A stretch of DNA of 63,972 bases, the filler included, from Hyphochytrium catenoides (lineage: Eukaryota > Protista > Hyphochytriomycota): assembly GCA_900088475.1 (NCBI GenBank). It is 10 parts of 10 records of this genome, joined end to end, with 100 filler letters (N's around TTAATTAATTAA, not from the genome) between each part and the next. Parts side by side here need not be neighbours in the genome. Positions count along the whole stretch, not along the records: positions 20,703 to 37,014 come from FLMG01002225.1; positions 37,115 to 44,231 come from FLMG01003407.1; positions 44,332 to 54,402 come from FLMG01002773.1; 7 more parts are not named here. One strand, given 5' to 3'. Shown piece after piece: positions 36,973 through 49,920 of this stretch (position 1 is the first letter of the stretch; each line of letters starts with the position of its first letter). Position numbers and translations under genes: made by a program. Below the pieces are notes generated by a model. That model did not search any database. It was not told where the DNA came from and worked only from the letters and a program-made list of their open reading frames with translations.

Positions 36973-37234
36973 GGGAGAGGGAGAGAGAGAGAGAATAGGG
37001 AGAGAGAGAGAGAGNNNNNNNNNNNNNNNNNNNNNNNNNNNNNNNNNNNNNNNNNNNNTTAATTAATTAANNNNNNNNNNNNNNNNNNNNNNNNNNNNNN
37101 NNNNNNNNNNNNNNAGGAGTCTTAAGCCTGGCATTACTCTGGCCAAGTTCTTCTTTGTCTCTATGCCGGGTCGGAAGACAAAGGTGAAAGCGTTTTATTT
37201 GATCCCGGTGAGGCAGAAGGATTGCTTGTCCTCC

Positions 37235-39270
37235 TCAAGCTCCTATATCCTTCTTTGAGTCCGGCAGGCTCAGGTCTTCCTGACTCAATATAGAGCACAA
37301 AGGGCCGGTAAGAGGCTTCTTCAGCGAGCTGCACTTAAGTATCGATAGGTCGTTATCCTCCTTGGGCAATTGAAAGTTGGGGAATGAGCCTCTCTGAGTC
37401 AAGGAATGAAGGGAACAAGGGCATCGAACAGCTTGGGGTCCAGCAGCTGGAAGACTCCCATCTTCAGATTCCCAGACTAGTGGCATTGTCTCTCTGCTCA
37501 TCTTCACCCTTTGCTTCTTGACCCACTTCCATTGCTACCTTCCTGTTCTGGTCTGGTGCTTGAAGGACATTAGAGTGCGCTTCTACTATGAGGAATAGGA
37601 AACCGTAGTCATGACAAGCAGAAATGCAATGCAGAGTCATTGGTGGTGTTGACTATTAGAGGCTTCCTAGTAGAGGCTACTCTTGGTCCTGAAACCTTGC
37701 TGCATTACCCGCGCATATAATATAGCTGAGAGGGGTGAGAAGTAATAGGCAAAGCTGCTTGAAGATGAAGGAACTATCGTTGCAGCTTTCCTGCGAGGAA
37801 TAGTAGAAGAAGCTGCAAAGAGGTACTCCGAGATTCCCACTTTTCTCCCTTTCCCCTGCATCTCACAAGAGCTGCTGCTGCTGCTGCTGCATGGGATCGC
37901 AAGTAAGGCCGGGCTCTCAGACTGCTGGCTACTCCTGTCTCTTCCTATTCTTGCCTTCCTAAGCGTGTGCACTACAGAAGGGAAAGAACGAGCGACACAC
38001 ATTGACTTTATCTTCCCTGAAACCCTGCTCTCGTCTTTCTCTCCTCCAATTTCAGTCGTTACTCCCTCAACAGTGCTCTCCTCCCGCTTCCTTATGTCTT
38101 TTCCTTTCCTTGATATAGGAAAGAATGTCCCACGAAGTAGAGAAGGCAAGTTCCTCCTTTCATCCAACCCACTATTGCACCTTTAGAACTCTGTCGTCTC
38201 CGAGACATACGTTTTCCTTCTCCTTGTTGCCTGCCTTCTTTCAACTCTGTCATGTTGCTTCCTAACTACTGGCAGACGTGCAAAGCGTCACATGCCTTCC
38301 TGCTTGCCAGCAGTGGAAGTGTCAGTGTCGCTTCTAGAGGATGACAGACCAGCGCCATCATCTGTCTGCTGCTGCTGCTGTTGCTTGGTCCTCCTTCCTC
38401 CTGTCCTACAACTGTGAGACCGCGACAATGGCCTCAGTAATCCCCCAGCACAAAGGAGGGTCCTAGACGTTCCAGTTATCGGAAGGAAACTTTTCAGATC
38501 TCCCCCAGGACCGTTGTCATTACAACAAGCTCAGTCTCACCACTCTCTCTCAATCTCTCAAGTCTCACTCTCTTCTGTCAACGCTCCTCCTCAGCAGTCT
38601 CACCTTCTCTCCTCAGTAGTCTCACCTTTCTTTCAAGCCTCCTCCTCAGTCTCATTCTCTGTCGAATCCTCCTCAGTCTCACTCTCTGTCGGCTCCTCCT
38701 CAGTCTCACCTTTCTGTCAGCGCTCCTTCTCAGTCTCAATTTCAGTCGATGCTCCTCAGTTAAGATAAAGATCTTATACATTTATTGTTAGTGTTGACAG
38801 CCCTGGGCACTCAACAATGGAGTCAATGTCGTGCGAGAGTTACTTTCTGGGCTGATTCATGCCGAGTGCTCATCAATGGAATCCTGTTCAGAAAGCCAAT
38901 TTGATAGGCCCCTCAGAATGTCCCTATCCTTAGGGACCTTCTTGCCATTAAGCAACAGGGACAGTGTGGCCTGGCTAATGGAGAGAAATGTATTCGAAGT
39001 ACGGAATCTTGGCCTTGATCTCCTCCCTAGCCGTGTTCTGTGCGAATTTGATTCTGCTCGTGTTGGTTGATGCTGCTCTCTTCTTGTAGATCTGTTGGAA
39101 ACGTTCGGCGAACGCTATTTCTCTCTGACTGAGGTCCGGGCGTAGTCAGTTTGGACCAACGCTCTTGGTTATCGTCTCCGCCAATTCCTCTTTCTTTCCC
39201 TGGAGAAACTGAAAGAGAGGATGGCCTTCTGGTGATAGCCTTGTCGGCTATAAGGGTGCGTTCCAAGTCA
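37235..39270 (-). pseudogene. Probable decayed low-complexity coding sequence with repeated ETEEE units
   Basis: Broken minus-strand ORFs (39266-39027, 38167-37667, 37507-37235). At ~38560-38760 a repeat reads GETEEEPTESETEEDSTENETEEEA* with in-frame stops. No family recognised. Confidence 0.35.
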
Positions 39271-42266
39271 ACGATCCGCTTTCGAAGCGTTACGTAGGTC
39301 CCAACGCGCAGTCGTGCTTTAGGAAGTTTATCCCGCCCTCATGCGGAACTACACGTCCACCGTGGTGTTGGTATCAATCACCTTATTTCTAAGCCGCCAG
39401 AGGGTATTCGACCGCAAGAGGTAATTCGGCCACCAAAACCGAGACAAATAGTCTCGCACACGAGGACAGTAGAACGGGTTCTTAGTCCGCACGGTAGTAC
39501 CTCCCTTTTCAGTCATGTCCTCTGCAGCGCTGTTCCAATGTCGTTGACGATGATCATCCTGATAAGATTCTAATTACTTAGTTGACAACCAATTGACTTG
39601 GCATGCCTACGCGAGGACCGGCCGTAAGTCAGAAAAGGGAGATGCAGCGCAGAGCTCCCAAAACAAAGGACCAGTAAGGCGAAGCGTGCCCAAGCTCGCA
39701 AGCTCTTTCAAGAGGCAAGATGGGTGCAATTTGCAGAGTGCTGCCTGCACAAACGTCCTTGACGATGGTCATCCTGGTACCAGTCCCCAGGACAGTTAAT
39801 CGACTACTAAGGGACATGGCCTGTCATATGGAGACCCAGTGACAAACCAGCCGCAAGGGAGACGCAGCGCAGAGCTCCCATACCAAGGCCTGGTGAGCCG
39901 AAGGAAGTGAAAGTTCTATAAGCGCCACTGAAGTTCCACCCAGCTTCTAATAACTCTTTGTCCCCTCCTGACATACAACCATTGCCGCGTTAGGTTGGTA
40001 CGAGCCCCTGTCTAATAATGGCTATCAAATTTGTGGCAAGAAAACCTGTTGGTACGGGGAACAGAAGGATTGAGCCACAGACAAGGGCCAGGATATACGT
40101 ACTGTCCTCCTAGAGAATGCATTGACACGAGGATGAGTAGCTCAGACCTTGCGAAGCCTGGTGAACACTATAAGCGAAAGAAATCATACAGATATCCCTG
40201 ACAACCACTATCCTAGAGTACGAGAAGATTTCCTCTTCTGCTGCTGTACGCCGCATTCTACATCATTCCATCCTTCATCTACTATCGTTACAGCTGTGTG
40301 CCCCATTAAGCTCTGCACACTCTATCCACTTTTTCTCCCACGCTATTCTTCAATCGCCTAAAGAACCGTCAGCGTGACTGCGTCGTCCTCGTCTAACGGG
40401 CTTCGAACTGGATCACTATAGAAAAAAAATGGAAAGTGAGACTTATGCAAATGGCAAGCAAAGGGTATCAACACTTAGGACCGACGCGCTCTACACACTC
40501 CAAAGAAAATGAAAGCTTAACTAGGGACGAATCGCAAGACTAAGTCCCTAATGATGGCAAAGCAACATACATCGTTTTGTTCTGGCCTTGTACATGATTC
40601 TATATCCACAGTGTCGGCATCGGATAGGGTCTCTGGGCTTGATCTCATTGGGGACGCCACAGTCTGTACACAGCAAAGAAGCCTTACAGTCAGGTGATGT
40701 GAAGGACATCTAGTCATCGCTTCAGGCGTTGAGTTCAGCACCAGCAAACAAGCTCAAAGGCCCATAAAGAGTGGCCAAAAGAAGATACAGGGGCGGAATG
40801 CCGTGCACCCCTACCTGCACAGATATACTTTAGCGAGGTCCCCACATCATCACCGGTAGCGCCGTTCATCTTTATTTCTAGCAACGGTATGTCACTGTGA
40901 GGTTTCTCTAGTAGTGGAACTTCAACTTTCGCTGATGTATGGGGAGTAGGGCAAAGACAGCTCTGAAGATGCTCTGCTCTTTCTGATGGCTCTATGTGTA
41001 GCGCATTCAGTGCTTGGCTGCGCTCTATCTATCTTCATTTATTGCGTCTCCATGTCTCTGTGTCAGTCTCTGTCTCAATAGCCAATAACAATGTGGTTGG
41101 AATGCAAGCAACATCAGTCGAAGGGAGCACCTTCCTCATGAGGTGATTGGGGGGTATCTCCTCCTCTCTTACATATTAAGTACGATAGGTCGCCCCGCCC
41201 ACCATGGGGGTGAGGAACATCAACATTGTATAGAGAATAATGATGGTGAAATTGCTTCTCTCCGGAATATATTAAACCCTCTGTCTGGAATGCGGAGAAG
41301 AATGTCAGAAGGCGTGGTCATCGGAGAGATCGATCACAGAAAATCTGCAACTGGTCGATGCGATGTCGATGGGCTGCTGATGGGCTGGACCGGTGTGCTG
41401 ATGCTTTGCCGGTTGACTGAGAGAGGAGATGGAACAGAGACAGCGAAGTTGGTTCGTGGTAGGGATGATGAATGGGTGAGCATCATCTACTTGTCCTCTT
41501 GCCTTCCAGATTCATATCCTTTTCATGATTTGGACTGTGTTGGAAGGTTGCGTAAGCGTGGCGGTGTCGAGTACGTCTCACTTCGGCGTGTCCTTCCCAT
41601 AGATGTCAGCACTGTCCGTATCCCAGGATGCGGCTACGCAGATAGTATAGAGGTCGCTCTCACGGTAAGATGGTAGTTGCCGTACCGTCCTTCCAGCGTT
41701 CATCTGACGGACCCTTTACCATAGCACCAGGTTTTATAGGCGTCGAGGCTAGATAATATTGGGACGGGCTCTTAGAAAGCTGCTCTACGTCGCTTATGAT
41801 GGGAGTAGGAGGCTCATATCACAATATCGAGGCGCGAACTTCAAGTCCGTAACAAGGGCCAGGATGCTAGGCCCGCTGGATGAAGGACGAAAGAAAGGTG
41901 GTAGAGATTCAATCATCTGGAGGTAGGTCTTCTGCAAATTTCCATAGACGTTCTGCTCTGATCTCTTTCGTCATTCAGACGCTTCGTCGGCTCCTCCTAT
42001 ACTTGCGGGGCGCTTCCGGCTATTTCTGCGTACTTCTTAGCAGCTGTCCTCTCCTCTGCGACGGTACCTTATGGCGTTTTATTGAGTATTATATTAGGAG
42101 GGGCCTGGCTAGGCACTAAAGGTAAATAAGCTTCTATGGGGCGCCTCTAAGAATGCTGCCCGGCTAATCTTTGATGGCGCAGTCACAGTGAGAAGTACAC
42201 CTTTGTGTGGGCCCCCAGTGGTCTCCCTGAGCTCCAAGGAGGTAGGCATATTGTCGTTCGTACAGA

Positions 42267-44231
42267 ATGGAGGAGCCGCTATCCTCTGCAGACAGACGGG
42301 CTTCTGGATGTTAGGACTCGAATTTAGTCACGAGAGATAGAAGCATAAGGGTGCAAGAGAGGACTCTAGGAAGTTAGGGGAAGTTCAGGGCATGGTGCCC
42401 GCTTGGTAGTACTAGACAGAAGCTGATGAATTTATTGTCATCCTATCCAGAGCTCTGGAGCTTGGGTGCTGGGTATTGTTAGATTCCTCCAGACTTTATT
42501 GCTTCTCATTCTGCTGAGCAACTGGGAGCTGACAATGTACGTAACTACCTAAAGTAAACACTCGCGTCCCTTGCCGCTTGATCCCAGTTCACCTACTCAA
42601 CCAAACACTAATGAATCTATCAATCTTCACAGAGTACCAGTCCTTCTTGCACTGGAAGGCCCGACGTACTTAATCTTACGCGCACTGTGGAGGGGCACAA
42701 AGATCTCCGCGTGGAATGTGAGTAGCGAAGAAACGCTTCCTCTCTCCCTGTTCGCTACCGCTTCTTCCTATCCGTTTGTCTGTTCATATCGCGTTCTAGA
42801 GTTTAAGCCTTTATCCTCCTCCAGGCTGTCTGCAGCTCTGTCGTCCTTCTAGGAGTTATCCTCCTGCCTTGTCAAGTGCCGGTGGAGGCCCTCTATACGA
42901 AAACAACCGACACGGCGCTAAACTACCTTGAGAGCCTTAGATGGAAGGTAAGCCCAAGGAACAAAAGGGTAGCCCAAGATGTAAGAAGGCTTAGCGGAGG
43001 TACACTCTCGCGATAATGTGACAGCCGGTGCAAAGTGGTTATGAGTTGTATCTCATGCCAGCCGCTGCAGGTTATAGCTCTGTCCTTGGCTCTGTTACAC
43101 GGGGTCTTTGCAAGTCTTAAACGGAATCTTATGAGGTCTCTTGCCAATCGTCCTGTGAAGTATGGTAAGAAGTACCTCGAACTCCCTTTAGCATCAGTTT
43201 CTCTTATGGCGGTCCAACTGTAGACGTGATTGCGACTTGCTCCTCTTCAGCCCTGCAATCCATCAGAGTAGTGGTTGTTCGAAATATCTTCTGCCCTTCT
43301 ACTCACTAACCTTTTCCTGTCTTGGGATAGACTGGGCTCTTTCTTTCTCGCTAGCGAAGGCATGGGCTCTTTCTTTGCCCATCGCAATCTATGACATCTT
43401 CTTTCGCTGGAATCTACATGACGAAATCAGCGCCTTAAGCGCTGTCTATCTATCTTCCTCTGTAATCGCCGCCGGTGGTATTGCTGCTCTATCGTTGGCG
43501 GTGATGGATGGAATCTGGGAAAGGGACTCTCAGTTATCTGGAGGACGGGAAAGTGGATGGCGGAAGGTAAAACTTATAAGGGACAAGTTAACGTGGACCT
43601 TCTTCTTAGCCATCCTTGCTTCCTTAGCTGCCGTGATTGTCTCTGATAGTTTCTCTTTATCTCCCTCTGTGCTCTTTGTCCTTGAGGCATTAGATGTAAC
43701 CTAAGCCCTATGTGGACAGCGTTCTTCTTGTTGACATCTTTTTGTGGATGCAGCTGCTCTTCACCAACACGGTGGTGACTGGGCTCGTGGCTCTAGTTCG
43801 GCTCAGGGATGAAGGTCTATCGCCCTTTGGCGAGCTCTTTGCGCCACCTGCCATTTCCTTGGCAGGCTTCTTGCTTTTAGATCAGGCGGAGGAGCGCAGC
43901 GATGAAAAGGTGCACGGCCCACTGCGTGTATGGGAGAGCTTGAAGGACATCTACGTGCTGGTGACGAAGGTGAGGGTTATGGGAATGAAAGGCTATTTCT
44001 AAGATACGCTTTGATGATCTTTTCTTGGCGCTCTATCGATAACTTAGCTGCATTCGCCCTTGCATCAAAGGCCATATGAGCTTTCCTATCTTTTAACGGA
44101 TCTCTGGCTGCTCTCAGACCTTAAGCCGCGTCGTTGCCGAAAAGGAGAATCGTCGCCTTCTGTTGTTTTTGGGTGTCAACATTTTCTTCATGGGGGTAGA
44201 GGTCGCAGTGGGCTGGCTTACCAACTCCATC
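42267..44231 (+). CDS. Cation diffusion facilitator zinc transporter, ZnT5/SLC30A5/Msc2-like, 3'-truncated at linker
   Basis: Long multi-TM N-terminal exons (43035-44000). The last visible exon reads TLSRVVAEKENRRLLLFLGVNIFFMGVEVAVGWLTNSI, matching TM1-TM2 of the CDF domain of ZnT5/7-type proteins. Start codon tentative. Confidence 0.7.
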
Positions 44232-44699
44232 NNNNNNNNNNNNNNNNNNNNNNNNNNNNNNNNNNNNNNNNNNNNTTAATTAATTAANNNNNNNNNNNNN
44301 NNNNNNNNNNNNNNNNNNNNNNNNNNNNNNNTAGTAACGTCGGGCGAGCCCTAGGCGAAGCCTAAAGCTATTGATATATGATTGAGATTTCTTTGAATGC
44401 TGAGTGATGAGGTCGGGCTGGTCTCAAGAACTTTGCTCGTCCCAGCTTCCCTCATCATCTCTCTCTCCTGTGCTGCTCCAGCGTTCACAGGGAAGAGCTC
44501 GGAATTCTTCTCCTCACACCTCTCTTTCCCATAACACAGGTGTACCCGTAACGTCTATGTCCCTGAGAGCTAGGTGTATGTGTAGAGTGACTACTGTTTG
44601 TATGGGGTGATTGGACAATGTCATTAGATGAGAGCTCTCCTTATAAGCCCAACTGAGGTCAATCTAGAGCTATTCTGACTATGCCACTATTCCTAATTA

Positions 44700-45515
44700 A
44701 CCCTAAGATATTCAGTCATAGAGAAACCCTTATCAGAAGAGTCAGTCCTGAAGGTATTCCGGGGTACTGACCATAAGCCATAGATATAAAGAGGGTCATT
44801 TTGTTTGCTTCATAACTCGGCTTCCACTGGGAGTGTGGAGCTGGAGCTTTGGTAGCTAAGCTTGCCAACTTAAGTTCACATAGCTGCGCCAACAAGTAGA
44901 ATAGGCAACACAAAGCAGGGGAGGGGCATTTCTCACGGACTTGGAAGTACGGTGGTGTGATTTGGTGAACGGCGAAGATACGATATTTCCCTTGAAACTT
45001 CAAGAAGGAGAAGGTATAGACACTTGATAGGAATTGTGGTATAAATACGTCGCCTTTTCACAGTTTCAGGTTAGAATTTGTTACTACACAGGTTGGGAAG
45101 TTAGGTAGGGTGGCCCACCCAAACATTATATACAGTACTGAAGGAGAGGCAAGTGGAGCCTTCTCACACTCGCACAAAAGCTCTCTGTTGCAGCTTGTAT
45201 ATCATCATCATTGCCTTTAGAAGAGTTCCTGGGTCGCGCTGGCTATTAATGTGGTGTAACGGGAACAGAGTCAGATGGCTCCCCAATATAGAGATACCCC
45301 GCAGCAACTTCCTGCTGCAGTCGCGTTAATCTATCTGCCACCATAGTTTTGATGTCGTCGGTCTTGGCATAACTCTCGAGGTTGTTGAAGCGTAAATGAT
45401 GATTTTTGCTGGCCTTTTGGCATGGCAGACAGTCCTCAACTGTCGGGGGTTCGTTCAACTGGTTATCCCCAGGTGTTATCTGACATTGAAATAAGTTTGC
45501 TGGTAGACGCGCCAC
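44700..45515 (-). mobile_element. Possible highly degraded reverse transcriptase remnant (DIRS/Ngaro-like)
   Basis: Fragments in shifting frames: LRFNNLESY...VADRLTRLQQEVAAGYL, KGDV/YTTIPIK and FLKFQGKYRIFAV. They loosely follow the motif order of tyrosine-recombinase retroelement RT; no intact YxDD. Confidence 0.25.
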
Positions 45516-48500
45516 TACCTCTGATGAAACCTTCGAAGGTCGCCCTGGTGGGTAGTAAGTATTAGGTAACGCCAGATGCTGATATCCACTCTGTAAGGGC
45601 TCCTACCTATGAACCTGTTGGGCATTGGTAATCCTGGAGTTGACATGATACTCAAGCCAGCAACACCAGAAGAAGATCTGACGAATTCTTTTTGCCCCAG
45701 TCTGCTGGTGGAAGCCATTGCAACTGCTCTGCCCTGAGCCAAATGAAGTCTGAATTGATCCAGTTTCTTGGTATCTTGAATAATTTGCTCCTTGTGTGCT
45801 TCCAATAGACGGAGTTTCTAAGTTAAGATGGTTAAAAAAGGGTGCCATCGCTAGAGTTACAGAGATCTTGCCGCTGTCCCTGAAGTGAGGAGAGACTAGC
45901 GAACTCGTAGTAAAAAGAATCTGCACTTTGTCAAAACTGGGTAAGACTCTAGTGTTTGTAACAAGTCAGCCTAACCTCGCTTATTCGAGCTTCTGCCGCC
46001 AAACATTTTTCCTTCTGAGCTCTTACGCCCACGGCTTCCCTGTCTAAAGCCTCCCGCTGCTGTCGCAGTTCTTCTGATTGCCGCCGCACCGCTTCAGCCG
46101 TGGCAATCAACTTCTCACTCTCATGATCTTTTCAGTAGTAGTAGTCCGGAGGTCAGTGTCAGGCTTCATTCAAGTCGTCGACACAGCAGAGATTGTGATA
46201 TGATGCCTACCGATTTCAAGCTTTCTGGTCTTCAACTCTTGTTGTGAGCCTTCAAACGTTTCCAAGAATCTGATGAGGTGAATACGCCACCTTCGTGATT
46301 AGGGCTTGCAAGGCTAAGAATAATGAGGGGAGTCCCTAGGACAAGAATACGGTACGGACCGCTTTGCGTCCTCCACCTCCAACCGGAACGCTGCCTCTCT
46401 TTCTGTCTGAGCGTGCCTGATAACTGCAAGTCTCTCTTCTTCCGCGCGTAGCCGATCTCTTTCACGAAGCACCATTCTGGCGCACTGCAACACCCAACAT
46501 CAGGAACGTGGGAATACTTTAGCCCGGAAGATTTGAAACTTACCTCTTCCAGCTTCGCGCCTAGCTGGCTCCGCTCTATTTCGATGCGCCTACAAAAGTA
46601 GCAGAGAAAGGCTTCAGCTGTTGCTGAGCAGAAGGTGTTAGCTCACTCTTACCCTCTTTCCTCTTCCATTCGCTGCTCCTGTGCTGTCATCTTCCTCTCC
46701 CATTCTCTCCGCTCGGCCAGAAAAGCATTCTCACGAGCCAACACCTCTGCTCGCCGCTCCTCTACAGTTTTCCTGTGGAGGCTGGTCTCCAAACTGAATG
46801 TTTCCTAACAAAGATCGTTTAGCTTCACGAGTAAAGGGGCCAGGCCTGAAGATATAAAACTCTAAAGGAACTATCCCCATCCTTGTCACCTGCAATGCTG
46901 TTAGCCGCCGCTGCTCCAGCTTCAGGCGTTCCCTCTCTTCCGACGCCTGCTGCCTCAGGTTCATCATCACCATGTCTAGCGCCCCCAACAGGCCCTGCAG
47001 CCTACACCTTGTTTAGCCTTACTGAAGTCATTGTATTTCCTGCATCGACAAAGACCAGGCCCTTCCTCCTCGCCTCACCTTCTCGCCTCACCCTCAGCCT
47101 GGGACATGAAGCTCCGCAGCGTTTTCTCCATGCTAAGGACCAACTGCTCTTTAGACTCAACCAGTACGTCGCTGTGATAACTTTCCGACACATTCCGAGC
47201 AGTGACCTACGGGGTCGCAGTTAGCCTTCTACACGAGCCTCGGCTGCCATCTTTGCTGCTATCCGTACCTGTTCTTGCAGGAGCCTGACGCTGACTGTGG
47301 ACTGCTGGATGANNNNNNNNNNNNNNNNNNNNNNNNNNNNNNNNNNNNNNNNNNNNNNNNNNNNNNNNNNNNNNNTCCTGAACTTTGAGATTCTGCCGCA
47401 AGATTTCCGCGTGCTCCTCCTCCCGCTGGGCCTGAGCCAATTGAAACTTATTCTGCATCTCCGCCACCTCTTCCTTGTGTCTCAGCCTCATCTCCTGGGA
47501 TTTGCGCTCCTCTGTGGCCTTGATCTCCCGGCACTGCCGCTCAACTGCGTCAAGTGCTTCCTCTCTCTCTTTCAACGCCGCAGTGAGGTCTTCTACTGCT
47601 CTTTTCTGCTGGAGATGCTGGCGGGTTAGCTGCTCTTCCTGAGGAAAGTCAATTTCGAACAGGGCAGGGCGGAGCGTGAGCTGTCAGCTCGGGAGAAATG
47701 AGAAACGTACTTTTATGTCCAACCTTCTGCCGCAGTAATCGAGTGACGGCTTCCTCATCGACCAGCTGCTGCCTCAGCTTCCTTGCCTCCTCTCTCACCT
47801 GCGAAGCATTAAAGAAAGGTAAGTGCTACGCGAGGCTGTCGAACTGAACAACTCTACACTCGCCTTCCCTAAATCTGCCAACTCTGCCTCCATGGACCGA
47901 AGTTTTTGCCTAGTGAGAGCTCGCTCCACCAGCAGACTTTCGGCATCAGCAGATGCGCAGTTAAGGGCTTCTTTTAGGTGCTTTAACCTTAAGTGACAAG
48001 GAGGAGAGCATGAGCAAAGAGCGTGAGAGATAAGGTAAACCTCCATTTTCTGGGTGCCCACTCACTGCTCCGCTCCAGGCGCCGCAGGAGCTGGACTATT
48101 CTTCAGCGTTTGAGGACGTTCTGAACCTGCTGAAGGAGAAACGGGCCAACCGCAGAGGCGACGCGAACCCGGAAGTGAGGTAACGAAGAGCGGGGCCGGG
48201 ACTGGTGAGTTTGAGACTCCACAAAGAACTGTTCACAGATCGGACGAACCAGGGCCCGGGGGCGGTGCTCCAGAGGCTGAGAAACTAGGCGGAGGAGTTT
48301 CCAGCGCCGATTCTGAAGAGGTTGCGTGCAGCGGCAGGAGGGCAGCAACTGCCACCGATATGGGCAGCGTCTGTCCCGTCTGGGGCTCATGATCGATAGT
48401 GAGTGTTGACTCTGTCTGCTGCGCCTGAAGGGTGGCTGTATGCAGCTGCTCGGGCTGCGGGAGGGGCTGGGCGACGGTGTAAAGAAAGCGGAAGGGTCAA

Positions 48501-48900
48501 GGTCGAGATTGAGGAAGGATGTTAATTAAATGCTTGGGTCTCACTTTGCCCGGAGGAGGGGAGACGATGCTGACTAGGGAGCTTGTAGCTTGGCTGACGG
48601 GAGCCGGGACGACTGACAGCGAGGCTTGCTGGAGCTGAGAGGACGGAACTGCAGGAAGAGGGTTTGAGGTCAACGAGCTGCCACTGCTCTGCTCCGGAGA
48701 CGAAGGGAAATCCTTCTCCTTCTCCTTTTCTTTCCCGCGCTTGGTGCCAAAGGAGAACGGTTTAAGTGCGCTTTTCGTGGTGGATCGCGAGCCCGCGCTT
48801 GCTTGGAAGCTCATCGGACCCGCCGGGCGTCGTCCGCCGAGGTGCAGAGGTCCAGGACTCAGCAGACTCTAGATAGTGGTCCAGGTGGCTGTCCAAGTGA
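45515..48900 (-). CDS. Multi-exon protein with Ser/Pro-rich N-terminus and long coiled coil (FBF1-like architecture)
   Basis: Exons LKEREEALDAVERQCREIKATEERK..., EERERLKLEQRRLTALQ and EKLIATAEAVRRQSEELRQQREAL, with GT-AG boundaries. Ends are approximate and the FBF1 resemblance is weak. Confidence 0.55.
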
Positions 48901-49920
48901 TGGTGGGCGGATTTGGGGCCGCTACAAGGCTAACGATTGCTCTGTCAAGCAGTGAACCAGAGGGCACGATGAACGGCAGAACCTTGTTGGCGCAAGGTTG
49001 GAAGCTTCTTCTCTCGCCATCGCGGACCAAGAAAAGCGAGGACAACCCGAGAGAGCTCGAGAGTGGGACGCGAGGAACGAGGGTTTTCAAAATACGAGGA
49101 AAGAGAGGGAGAGAGTGAGGGTAGGCGAGAGACATGAAGAGAGAGAGAGAGCGGGAGAAAGAGGAGAGCAGAGGGGAATCATTGGAGGCAGGAGGAGGCC
49201 ATGGCTCTCAACAAGTACATTCGTTGATGGGAAGGCGTTACTCTTCGACCCGCTAACGGCTATCCAGACATAGTGTTGACGAATATAGGATTATTAGACT
49301 TATTGCTTCCTAACAATTATCTTATAAATACTTTTATATGTGCGAGGTAGGAGGGAAGGGAAAGGGAAGCGGCAGGTCAGGTCAGGGGCCGAGGAAGACG
49401 GCGGCGGAGGAGCGGCTGGGCCACTCGCGGTGTACAGCAGGATGAGCTCTCCCTCTCCGCAGCTTCTGTGACGGTGGACGGTGCTCGCCTTTCTGACCGC
49501 TCGGAAGGGCTTTCTTGCTGTCTCCCACTGGTGCTGAATGCTTACAGGAGAAAGAGACTGCGGTGGGTCTGCAAGCCAAGGAGCAAGTCTGAAGCGGGCG
49601 AGGCGCCAGTCTTACGCCTGTTGGATCCAAGGAGTTACCTGCGGGGAAAGGCTCCAAACGCGCTGCAGGTGCTAAATGAAGCTCCTTATCACTTGGTCTT
49701 CTTCCTGCACTGTACCAAACCCTAAACGCTAGTGGGACTCGAGCGCGGGCCAGTGTCTCCGCTTCCTCGTCTCATGCTCCAGTAGCCCTGCACTACCTTC
49801 TTGCTGCTGGCACGAGAAACGGATGCCTGGCATCCTCTGACGCCTCGACGTACACAGAACACAGATCACGGTAGTAAGGAGGCTAATAAGCTAGAGAAAC
49901 CAGGGCAGGGATTCGCAGCT

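Noticed and set aside
41143-41676. 177-aa plus-strand ORF
   Set aside because: Non-ATG start, no recognisable motif, and no supporting splice structure.
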